Program-made: the position numbers and the translations under genes | The notes under the pieces: generated by a model | The model's input: only the letters and a program-made list of their open reading frames with translations | Database searches by the model: none | Told to the model about the DNA's origin: nothing | Part shown: piece after piece, positions 55,890 to 64,000 of the stretch | Layout of the letters: every line of letters starts with the position of its first letter | How positions within the stretch are numbered: position 1 is the first letter of the stretch | From: Alphaproteobacteria bacterium | Lineage (GTDB): Bacteria; Pseudomonadota; Alphaproteobacteria; CALKHQ01 | Direction: 5' to 3' | DNA: 64,000 nucleotides | Assembly (NCBI GenBank): GCA_965227515.1 | Contig: CBDDFZ010000002.1 | Coordinates: 32,001 to 96,000 of the forward strand

Positions 55890-56175
55890 GACTGTTCTCC
55901 TCAAGATTTTCGGTGGTGTGCGCAGGAATGTGGCTGCGCAATCGGTCCTGCCCGGGGCGTTCCCGGCGGGGGGCCCCAGCGCGCGGCGGAGTATCGGGCG
56001 ACGCCCGACCCGCTGTCAAATATCGTCTGTGTGCCGATACGTCATCGCGCGACCTCAGCCGGCCAGGCGATGCCCGGCGCGGGCCACGCCGTCGGCGCGC
56101 GCAGCCGTATTCCGGCGCGCCTCGCGCATACTCTGGTATTCTGTAACTATCGAAAATCATTGGATTTTTTCAATT

Positions 56176-56190
56176 GTTCATAATATGTTC
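56176..56190 (+). promoter_or_regulatory. alphaproteobacterial LexA (SOS) box
   Basis: GTTC-ATAATAT-GTTC (GTTC-N7-GTTC) in an AT-rich promoter, 31 bp before the nuclease gene. Confidence 0.8.
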
Positions 56191-56221
56191 TAGAAACTAG
56201 GTACTGTCGGGACGCGCGGTC

Positions 56222-56719
56222 GTGTCGCTCTTCAGATCAGGTGCGTGGGGTGCGTTGTGCGGGCTGGTGCTGGCCGACGTGTCGGCCGGCGCCGCCGTCG
56301 CGAGCGCCGACGAACTGCTGCCCGGGCCGTTCGACGCCGAGCTGATCGAGGTGATCGACGGCGACACCGTGCGGGTGCGGGTGCGCATCTGGCTTGGCCA
56401 GGACCTGCAGACCGACGTGCGGCTGCGCGGCATCGACACGCCGGAGCTGCGGACCTCGTGCGATGCCGAGCGCGTGGTCGCGGCGTTCGCGCGTGCCCAG
56501 CTTGTCGAACTGCTGGCGGTGGCGGAGGCCGTGACGCTGCACAATGTGGAGCGCGGCAAGTTCGCCGGCCGGGTGGTCGCCGATGTCTGGGCTGGCGATG
56601 GCCGTGCCGTGGCGCCGTTGATGATCGCCACCGGTCTCGCCCGGCCCTATGAGGAAGGCGCGCGCCGTGCGCCCTGGTGCGATGACGACGGCGTGCTGCT
56701 GGCCGCTGTGGCGGAGTGA
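56222..56719 (+). CDS. thermonuclease (SNase) family protein with signal peptide
   Basis: VIDGDT, VRLRGIDTPE, KFAGRVVA, GLARPY. Confidence 0.9.
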   Translation: MSLFRSGAWGALCGLVLADVSAGAAVASADELLPGPFDAELIEVIDGDTVRVRVRIWLGQDLQTDVRLRGIDTPELRTSCDAERVVAAFARAQLVELLAVAEAVTLHNVERGKFAGRVVADVWAGDGRAVAPLMIATGLARPYEEGARRAPWCDDDGVLLAAVAE

Positions 56720-56790
56720 CACCGGCGGTGCCGGACCCGCGTTTCCGGCGGGCCCTTGGCGCGCGCGGCGGTTCATGCCATAGCTCTGGC

Positions 56791-57039
56791 ATGGACGACA
56801 CCAGCGAGACACTGCCCACCAACCGCACGTCGGAAGACTCGACGGACCCCACGCCGGAAGAAGCGACGGACGATCCGGTGCCGGCTGCGGAAGGCGGCGA
56901 CGACACCGGCGACACCGGTGGCACGGCTGCCGACAAGCCAACCGACGACGCGGACTCGAAGGAAGTTGGCGGCCGCGATGGCCCGGAGCCGACACGCTAT
57001 GGCGACTGGGAGGTCAATGGGCGGTGTGTGGACTTTTGA
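56791..57039 (+). CDS. DUF1674 (SDHAF4-like) protein
   Basis: EVGGRDGPEPTRYGDWEVNGRCVDF. Confidence 0.9.
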   Translation: MDDTSETLPTNRTSEDSTDPTPEEATDDPVPAAEGGDDTGDTGGTAADKPTDDADSKEVGGRDGPEPTRYGDWEVNGRCVDF

Positions 57040-57081
57040 GGTGTGGGGGCAGGTCTTTGAGGGATAGGGGCACGGACTAAA

Positions 57082-57894
57082 ATGGGTGAATTCAGCGGCA
57101 AGGTCGCGATCGTCACCGGCGGTGCGATGGGTATTGGCGGGGCAACGTCGCGGGCGTTCGGGGCGGCCGGCGCATCGGTGGTGGTCGCCGACCTGGCGGT
57201 GGCGGAGGCGGAAGCGACCGTGGCGGAAATCCAGGCTGCCGGCGGCACCGCCATGTTTGTCGCCACCGACATCTCCAAGGCCGACGACTGCGCCGCTCTG
57301 GTCAAGCGCACGGTGGAGGCGTATGGCGGCCTCGACATCGTGTTCAACAACGCCGGCATCCAGCCGGCTACGTCCTACACCAATGTCGAGGACATGCCCG
57401 AGGAGGTGTGGGACCGCATCATCGCGGTGAACCTGAAGAGCCGCTTCCTGGTCGCCAAGTATGCGATCCCGGAAATGCGCAAGCGCGGCGGCGGGGTGAT
57501 CGTCAACAACGCCAGCGTGCAGGGCCTGCAGTCCATGCCGCTGGTGCCGGCCTACGCGGCCAGCAAGGGCGGCGACCTCTCGCTCACCCGCCAGATGGCG
57601 CTCGACTACGCGGCGGAGAACATCCGCGTGGTGGCGGTGTGCCCGGGCGCCATCGACACGCCGATGGTGCGCGCCTCGATCGCGGCGGAGACCGACGACA
57701 TGGCGAAGGGGCTGGCCGATTCCGGCAAGATCCATCCGCTGGGCCGCATCGGCCAGGGCGAGGATATTGCCAATGCGGTGCTGTTCCTGGCCAGCGACCG
57801 GGCGAGCTTCATCACCGGGTCGTACATATTGGTCGACGGCGGCCTGATGGCGCTGGGCGCGTGGGCCGAGGGTCCCGGCGGCATGGACAACTGA
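57082..57894 (+). CDS. SDR-family oxidoreductase
   Basis: TGGAMGIG, NNAG, YAASK, PGAIDT. Confidence 0.93.
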   Translation: MGEFSGKVAIVTGGAMGIGGATSRAFGAAGASVVVADLAVAEAEATVAEIQAAGGTAMFVATDISKADDCAALVKRTVEAYGGLDIVFNNAGIQPATSYTNVEDMPEEVWDRIIAVNLKSRFLVAKYAIPEMRKRGGGVIVNNASVQGLQSMPLVPAYAASKGGDLSLTRQMALDYAAENIRVVAVCPGAIDTPMVRASIAAETDDMAKGLADSGKIHPLGRIGQGEDIANAVLFLASDRASFITGSYILVDGGLMALGAWAEGPGGMDN

Positions 57895-58011
57895 CGGCGT
57901 CCCGCACGCGTTCGCGGAAATTGCAACCGGGCGCTGCGATCATTAGGTATGGTCGCCGGTCCGCGCGCCGTTGCCGGGTGCGCCCATGTCCGATGCGGAT
58001 TACGCCCGCAC

Positions 58012-58088
58012 GGGCCCGTAGCTCAATTGGTTAGAGCCGGCCGCTCATAACGGTCTGGTTGCAGGTTCGAGTCCTGCCGGGCCCACCA
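58012..58088 (+). tRNA. tRNA with CAT anticodon, most likely tRNA-Ile2 (lysidine)
   Basis: GGGCCCG/CGGGCCC acceptor stem, anticodon loop CTCATAA, GGTTCGA T-loop, encoded CCA; lacks the initiator C1 mismatch and GGG/CCC anticodon stem. Confidence 0.92.
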
Positions 58089-58289
58089 CCCAGTCTCGCA
58101 CATTGTCGTCTGCGCTGCTGTTGTTGCCAGAAGTGGCGGAACTCTGGGCTTTCTGGCGCGCTGTTTGGCCAAGAACGTGCGGAACGCGTCTCCGTTTGCG
58201 CGGTCTCCGGCGCGAATTCCAGGCGCGTCTCTGTTCGGCATTATTGACGACCAAACCATCGCTTTGAATTGGCGGCGCGGTGACCGGGC

Positions 58290-59954
58290 TCAGTCGAATC
58301 CAAGTGCTTGGCGTTGGTTGTGCCAGTCGAGCGGCAGCTTGGGCAACCGCTTCAGACGTTCGGCTGTTAGCCCAATGGGCTGGCGACCATCGACGATCGC
58401 CTCAACGATGGACGGCGCGAGAAAGGCGAGTGGCAGGAACCTGCTGACGTCGCTTTCGTCGACCTCAAATACCGAAGCGATCTCTCGAACCGTACCGCAC
58501 GCCCCTGACGCCAGTGCGTCGAACCATAGCCGTGCTCGCGCGATCAACATCACGAGGTTTCGATCGGGCGAGACACTCGCACTGTCGGCATGGGCCAGTA
58601 TGATTTTTGTTTCGACTCCACGTCGGCGGAGGGTGATTGGGGCCTCGATCTGGTGTGTCGCCTGTTGGTCGGACACTGTCGATGCGCCGAGCAGCCGTGC
58701 AAGTTCTGCCAGGCCGATGGCAATTCGCAGATACGAATTCGTGACGTCGATTCGTCGAACGACTGGCCGGAGGGCGATCAGCGCGTCGTGTTCGGGCTGA
58801 GCCAGGACGCGATCTATGGAGGCGGTCGCGCGTACGATGTCGTTCGCATCGGTGACCCCGATTAGGTCGATCGTTGCTGCCTTGTCGCTTAGTGCATTTC
58901 TGAGGATCGATAGAATTGCCTGCTCGATCTTGGGTGCCGGCAATCGACATCCGTCACCACGTTGTCGCTCCCCAGTCATCAGTCGATGTGAGGCGTAGTA
59001 GCGATAGCGCCGGCCGTTCTTGCTGGCATGGGTGGGGCTCAGGCAATCGCCTGTCTCGTCGAACATCATGCCTGCGAGCGGAGCTGCCGATGTGGTGTTC
59101 CCGGCACGGCGGCGGGGCGCAGCGTTGTCCGTCAGCCGCGTCTGGACCGCGTGCCACAGCTCTGGATCAATGATGCGCTCGTGCCGCCCATCGAAGGTCT
59201 CACCCTTGTGCGGGATCTTGCCGGCATAAATGGGGTTCGCGAGGAGCTGATAGAGGTTGCCGCGACTGAATATCTTGCCACCGCTGTTTTGCCCGTTCTT
59301 CAATCTGCGGCGCTTTGTGTGGATGCAATCCGTCTCAAGCCGTTGTTGCAGCAGGCGTACCGAACCAAGTTCGAAGTAGAGCTCGAATATCCGCCGCACA
59401 TCGGCGGCCTCTCGTTTATTGATGATGAGCGCCTTGTCTCGCACGTCGTAGCCGAGGGGTGCTGGCCCGCCCATCCACATTCCCTTGCGTTTGGATGCCG
59501 CGATCTTGTCGCGAATGCGTTCCGCCGTGACCTCGCGTTCGAACTGGGCGAACGACAGCAACATGTTTAGCGTTAGCCGGCCCATCGATGTGGTGGTGTT
59601 AAACTGCTGGGTTACGGAGACGAACGAGACCTGCGCCGTGTCGAACCGCTCGACAATCTTGGCGAAGTCGGCAAGGGAGCGGGTCAGGCGGTCGACCTTG
59701 TAGACGACAACCACATCTATGCGGTTGGCTGCTATGTCCTCCAGCAGGTTGCGAAGGCCAGGTCGATCCATGCTTCCGCCAGAGAAGCCGCCATCATCGT
59801 ATCGGGTGGACACCAAGCGCCAGCCCTCACCAGTCTGGCTCCTGATGTAGGCCTCACAGGCGTCTCGTTGCGCGTCCAGGGAGTTGAACTCTTGCTCCAG
59901 TCCATCGTCTGTCGACTTGCGCGTATAGATCGCACAGCGCAGGGCATGGCGCAT
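58290..59954 (-). CDS. large serine recombinase
   Basis: CAIYTRKS, NSLDAQR, DDGGFSGGSMDRPGL, YKVDRLTRS, FAQFERE; recombinase domain LLANPIYAG. Confidence 0.93.
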   Translation of the reverse strand: MRHALRCAIYTRKSTDDGLEQEFNSLDAQRDACEAYIRSQTGEGWRLVSTRYDDGGFSGGSMDRPGLRNLLEDIAANRIDVVVVYKVDRLTRSLADFAKIVERFDTAQVSFVSVTQQFNTTTSMGRLTLNMLLSFAQFEREVTAERIRDKIAASKRKGMWMGGPAPLGYDVRDKALIINKREAADVRRIFELYFELGSVRLLQQRLETDCIHTKRRRLKNGQNSGGKIFSRGNLYQLLANPIYAGKIPHKGETFDGRHERIIDPELWHAVQTRLTDNAAPRRRAGNTTSAAPLAGMMFDETGDCLSPTHASKNGRRYRYYASHRLMTGERQRGDGCRLPAPKIEQAILSILRNALSDKAATIDLIGVTDANDIVRATASIDRVLAQPEHDALIALRPVVRRIDVTNSYLRIAIGLAELARLLGASTVSDQQATHQIEAPITLRRRGVETKIILAHADSASVSPDRNLVMLIARARLWFDALASGACGTVREIASVFEVDESDVSRFLPLAFLAPSIVEAIVDGRQPIGLTAERLKRLPKLPLDWHNQRQALGFD

Positions 59955-59959
59955 CACCG

Positions 59960-60391
59960 TTAACCACCTGCGCTCAGGCCGAAGAAGCGCGGCCCAGACC
60001 AACGTGCACCGGTGATCTGACGCGCGACTGCCGACAAGGATCTGTACCGCGTGCCATTCCAGATGAACTCGCCGTCGGTGACATCGACGACGTGGCTGAT
60101 GCCGTTCCACTCGCGCACAAGTCGGGTGCCGGTTGGAAGGCGTTGAGTCATCTGAAGGGGAGGTTGGCATGGCGAACCTCGCCCGTCTGCCAGCTTCTCC
60201 AGCTTGCGCGCGACGGCGGGCCGGAGCCCGCCGTGTTGCTGACATTGAGTGTGGTAGGCAACCGCGTGGGCCAAGATGCGGCGGCTGATTCCCTTTGGCG
60301 GTGCTGTGCTGAAGTGCATACGCCAATGTGCGACGAGGCCTTTCCGCGCCATATCCGCGACACCAACTGCCTCTTGCTTGATCTCAGTCAT
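59960..60391 (-). CDS. DUF2924 protein
   Basis: AY..Q...HGGL, GTRLVREWNG, YRSLSAVARQITGARWSGPRFFGL. Confidence 0.9.
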   Translation of the reverse strand: MTEIKQEAVGVADMARKGLVAHWRMHFSTAPPKGISRRILAHAVAYHTQCQQHGGLRPAVARKLEKLADGRGSPCQPPLQMTQRLPTGTRLVREWNGISHVVDVTDGEFIWNGTRYRSLSAVARQITGARWSGPRFFGLSAGG

Positions 60392-60406
60392 TGGAAGCGA
60401 TTTGGC

Positions 60407-60967
60407 TCAGGCGCTGACGATGCGGTAAACGCGCCCGCGATCCTCAGCTCGCTCGCTGGCGACTTCGTAACCGAGCTTCTTCTTGACGGTGCCGCTGATC
60501 GCTCCGCGGATCGAGTGATGTTGCCAGCCCGTGGCAGCCGCAATCTCGTCGATTGATGCGCCATCCGGTCGTTGCAGTAGCTGGATCAATGCTGCCTGCT
60601 TCGTTGGCTTCTTGTCCGAAGTGGCGTGCGGGGTACTGGATGCGGCCTTGCCGTTTGCAGCCAGGTTGCCAACGCTGTTTGAGCGGTCACTCGAAGCTGG
60701 TTCTGGTGACTCGTCGATGCCGAGGGCTTCTCGACCCACGCTCGTCAATACCAGCGCAAGACCATCGTCACCGTCACGGCGCCAGATCTGTTCCTTCACA
60801 GTTGTTGGTTGCTCGACCAGGAGCCCGCGCTTGACCAGGCTCCTCAGCACGGTGGCGGCGGAACCCTTGTTGAGCTTGAGGCGGGATGGCAATGGGAGGG
60901 CGGCGCCGTCATCCCTCGCCGCGGCCGCTGACAGAATGACGAGTTGCGTGTCGGTGAGTTTGGGCAT
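60407..60967 (-). CDS. DUF3489 protein (wHTH-like)
   Basis: MPKLTDTQLVILSAAA, TKQAALIQLLQRPDGASIDEI..ATGWQHHSIRGAISG, GRVYRI; GGAGG RBS. Confidence 0.9.
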   Translation of the reverse strand: MPKLTDTQLVILSAAAARDDGAALPLPSRLKLNKGSAATVLRSLVKRGLLVEQPTTVKEQIWRRDGDDGLALVLTSVGREALGIDESPEPASSDRSNSVGNLAANGKAASSTPHATSDKKPTKQAALIQLLQRPDGASIDEIAAATGWQHHSIRGAISGTVKKKLGYEVASERAEDRGRVYRIVSA

Positions 60968-61270
60968 GTAAGCCTCCTGGTGTGAAGCGCCGCGGGATTG
61001 CGGCGCTCCCACCTTCCACAGCCCCGCCGGTCAGCCGGTCGGGGCGGGGCCGGAGGCGGCCCTTAACTCCTGCACACCATCCATGCTTGCCGTGCGGTGG
61101 AAGTCCAACGAAATAATGCGGGAGCTAACTTCAAGTCGACAGCAATCTATGCTAGAAGGCTGATTGCCTTAGATTAATTATTGCCTTTGTGCTGTTGTCT
61201 GTGGTGAGGAGCATTGGGCGGAAATACTGAATCGTGCCACTGCAGGCTACAGCCGCATAAAGGGATTCAG

Positions 61271-62506
61271 TTGTCACAGTCGCGCTATACACGCACACTA
61301 AAGACGGTCATCGACGTCGATACGATGAAGACTATTTCTGCTGAAAACTTAATGGCAGCATCGCCAACGGAATACAATTTTATCCGTCGTGCCGCGACAC
61401 GATCCTGGCAGCGCGGCGATCCTCGCTTTGTGTGCGTTCGCTGCGGTCACCCAGTTTACGCACCATTGCTCTTCAAGCGACCGTATTGGAAGCACTTCGC
61501 TGGGGCCCCCTCCAATTGCCGGTGGTGGACAGGTCGAACCCAGTCTCCAGAGGCCGTCTCTGCGCGGCAGTTCCTGGGCAATCAAGAAAGCGCTTTGCAC
61601 CTCCGCATCAAGAACATAATCGCTGAACTCCTTGGTCTCGATCCCGAGACAGACGACATTGTCGTCGACAGGTTCATCGTCGCCGACGGAGGTCGGCGGC
61701 GTCCGGATGTCCGCGCCCGTTACGGGGGAAAAGGCGTCGCATTCGAAATTCAGCTTGCCACAACTCAGCTGCCTATAATACTAGCAAGAGAAGAATTCTA
61801 CGAACGACATGGCGTGCATTTGATTTGGGTAACATGGAATTTTGAGCCGGGAAATTTCGAAGATATACCACAATCAATAAAAGACATCTATACTGGTCAT
61901 AATGAGAATATTTTTTCCCTCGATATTGAAACTATAAACCAATCCAGACGTGAAGCGACTCTTGTGATTCGGGCGCACCACCTTGGTTCGCAAGGTTGGA
62001 TCAGTCGGTTGGTGACACTGGATCAACTGACTTGGCCAATTGAAGCGTTACCCTACGCAATTGCACCAGTCGAAGATTGGTCCGAAAAATTCAAGAAAAA
62101 ATGGATATCTAACCATGCAGCCGGGCGTATGACGTGGCAAACAGAGTGTGAATTTCTGGCTACGTTAATTAATTGCCTCCAATTGCCATGCACGCCCTCC
62201 GACTTACAATCCTGCGACCTCACGTCACTAATCAATTGTCTTCTCTCTCTGGAGACCGGTCATCCTATCGGCAGCGCCCAATCAAATATTCTAGAGGTCT
62301 TAAATACCTTTTTATATGCGAAAAGACGGCACCAGTATGCAAAAATTCTTCAGTTCGCTGCGCAAAGGACAGGACATTCAAATCTGTTGAGCGCTAAATC
62401 TGTAGTTGACAAGCTTGAGGTGGCGCTCGCCGCCAAACAAGTCGAAAGATCAACATATGCTGCCAGAATTGTGCGAGCTCTCTTTCCCAATTGGCTCTCT
62501 CAATGA
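61271..62506 (+). CDS. CoiA/DUF6035-like PD-(D/E)XK nuclease with Zn finger
   Basis: CVRCGHPVY..HF..C, ESALH..IK, RRPDV..FEIQLA..REEFY..WV; AT-rich; start uncertain. Confidence 0.75.
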   Translation: MSQSRYTRTLKTVIDVDTMKTISAENLMAASPTEYNFIRRAATRSWQRGDPRFVCVRCGHPVYAPLLFKRPYWKHFAGAPSNCRWWTGRTQSPEAVSARQFLGNQESALHLRIKNIIAELLGLDPETDDIVVDRFIVADGGRRRPDVRARYGGKGVAFEIQLATTQLPIILAREEFYERHGVHLIWVTWNFEPGNFEDIPQSIKDIYTGHNENIFSLDIETINQSRREATLVIRAHHLGSQGWISRLVTLDQLTWPIEALPYAIAPVEDWSEKFKKKWISNHAAGRMTWQTECEFLATLINCLQLPCTPSDLQSCDLTSLINCLLSLETGHPIGSAQSNILEVLNTFLYAKRRHQYAKILQFAAQRTGHSNLLSAKSVVDKLEVALAAKQVERSTYAARIVRALFPNWLSQ

Positions 62507-62880
62507 TTCCCGTCTGCATCCACAACGAACTTGAACTCAACCTTTAGGACGTCTGCCCCGCGCTCGAAGTGTAAGCGCGGCCGGGCTCTCGTGAACCGGA
62601 CCCCGCTGCGGCGCGCGCACCGCACCCGGTCCCGGCCATTCGGCTTCGATCTCTGGCAGGCTATTGTCGCAGCCGGGGACTGACATGTCCGCCCCCGGCC
62701 ACTTCTCTGCTCCGCACCGCAAGCGGTGCGCTTGGCACCCTCTTTACCAGCTTACATTGAGACGCGGCGGCCTGACCCAATAGCCCCGTCCGGGCTGGCC
62801 CGCAAAACCGTGTGGCCCGGACGCCTTCGGCGCCGCAAGCGGCGGAGCTTTGGGGCCGCAGCCCTTCGATCTCGCGCCAG

Positions 62881-62918
62881 GAAAGCCCCGCGCAGCATGC
62901 GGGGCTTTCTTTCGTTCT
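62881..62918. terminator. terminator-like hairpin
   Basis: GAAAGCCCCGC-GCAGCAT-GCGGGGCTTTC-TTTCGTTCT. Confidence 0.6.
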
Positions 62919-63174
62919 GACGCTCGGCGCTGGCCAGGGGTGTATGCGCACTTTTGCGTCCAAAGCGAAGGGGATGAACCCACAAATCAGGACGACGGCC
63001 AGCGTCAGTCCGACTCCTGGCTGCCGGAAGCGATGGAATTTCGTTCGGCTGAGCCAAATCCTTTGGCCGAGTTCTGGCGATTGGGGCTGAGAGCTCAGAC
63101 TACGCTGAATGAACCGGCCGCTGGCACAGGCGAGCGGCCGGCTCTCTCTTGCCAACTGACAGCAACAATATCTC

Positions 63175-63999
63175 TTAGCAGCTGAAGAAACCGCGATAGC
63201 CTACGGTCAACCCCTCGTCGAGCTGAAACAAGAGCTCCGCATTCAACCGGCCCCACGTGTCGGCTTCATCGTCGGAAAGGGCGTGAACCGTAATGGCGAC
63301 TCCTTCCGCTTCGAACGTCGCATCACCGCTAGCTGCGTCGGCGCGCGCTTCAAGCGGCACGATAACACCGTTGAGCTCCATCACTGCCTGGGTCGCCGCA
63401 TCGTCCTCGGGCGATTGTGTCCACAGGATGGGGTCGGACTCCACGGTGCGCCGGAAACCGCAATGCGGCCCCGCTCCCAGCACATCGTCCGCCTGGTCCG
63501 GCGTTAATGGCCCCGGGTCCAGGGTGGAAATCAGCGTATTCGAAAGAGCATCCGCGATGGTGCCGACTTGCGGAGGTGGATCACGGAAGATGTCCGCCTG
63601 TTTCGCGGAATCGTTGCCGGAAAGATCGGCGATGAGGTAGCGCATTTCCGCGATCTCGCGCTCCTGCGCCTCGATGATCCCGTTGGCCAGCTTGCGCACC
63701 CGTGCGTCTTCAATGCCGGCTCGCTCCGAGGTCATGATCGCGATCGAATGGTGCGGGATCATCGCACGCATGTAGCTGGGCCCGCTCACCGTCACCTGGC
63801 TTCGCACCAGCCACAAGGAGCCGGCGAACACCACGATAGCGCCGAGGAAAATCGCCACATTAGCCTTATTGTTCGCGTACATGCCGAGCATGAAGGCCAG
63901 CATCACGAACGCCATGGTGGCGCCCATCAGAACGGCCATGTAGGCGCGTGTCTCGCTGAAGAAAACATGCTCCCAGGCGTAGGTGTTCAGGTACATGAG
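63175..63999 (-). CDS. DUF305 (ferritin-like) membrane-anchored protein, 5'-truncated
   Basis: MYLNTY..HVFFSETR, YMRAMIPHHSIAIMTSERA, IIEAQEREIAEM. Confidence 0.85.
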   Translation of the reverse strand, partial: LMYLNTYAWEHVFFSETRAYMAVLMGATMAFVMLAFMLGMYANNKANVAIFLGAIVVFAGSLWLVRSQVTVSGPSYMRAMIPHHSIAIMTSERAGIEDARVRKLANGIIEAQEREIAEMRYLIADLSGNDSAKQADIFRDPPPQVGTIADALSNTLISTLDPGPLTPDQADDVLGAGPHCGFRRTVESDPILWTQSPEDDAATQAVMELNGVIVPLEARADAASGDATFEAEGVAITVHALSDDEADTWGRLNAELLFQLDEGLTVGYRGFFSC

Positions 64000-64000
64000 G

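Larger units (their letters stand above)
58089..64000. mobile_element. integrated element / genomic island at the tRNA 3' end; right end not identified, probably beyond the window
   Basis: Recombinase next to the tRNA; visible drop in GC and change in codon usage; accessory cargo. Confidence 0.8.

Noticed and set aside
58012-58088. tRNA-Met or fMet assignment
   Set aside because: Lacks initiator determinants; overall sequence fits Ile2 better, although elongator Met cannot be fully excluded without a covariance model
59955-60326. Recombinase frame open ~120 codons upstream, suggesting a frameshift fusion with DUF2924
   Set aside because: No slippery site seen; DUF2924 has a normal stop followed by an RBS-like AGGTGG and start codons
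63085-63110. CAGACT as a possible second att end of the island
   Set aside because: No tRNA-derived duplication next to it; the match is too short

Overview
High-GC alphaproteobacterial chromosome, Rhodospirillales-like by gene content and order (inference). Bases 1-58,088 are mostly core genome: ubiD, rsgA, a DUF547/VTT/flavoprotein group, rpmH-rnpA-yidD-yidC-engB-argB, and a flagellar/motility block (flgFGAH divergent from fliL-fliM-DUF6468-like-motE, then cheY-cheZ and a ~1,680-aa TPR protein). These are followed by gcrA, an ABC-F ATPase, secA, a PAS-EAL protein, glmM-thiD-ctaA, GDP-mannose genes, gamma-glutamylation/omega-aminotransferase genes, a psuK-rpiB-psuG operon, parC and argDF. 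After a tRNA(CAT), probably Ile2, an integrated element starts and probably continues past the window end. It carries DUF3489-DUF2924-large serine recombinase, a low-GC CoiA/DUF6035-like nuclease, a ~670-bp hairpin-rich non-coding tract and a DUF305 gene. The strongest signals not explained by the ORF track are regulatory: a leader-peptide attenuator in front of rsgA, a uORF/anti-SD switch in front of the ABC-F gene, tandem NrdR-like boxes on the gcrA promoter, and a perfect LexA box before a secreted thermonuclease. No CRISPR array or rRNA was seen. Family assignments come from motif recognition only; no searches were run.
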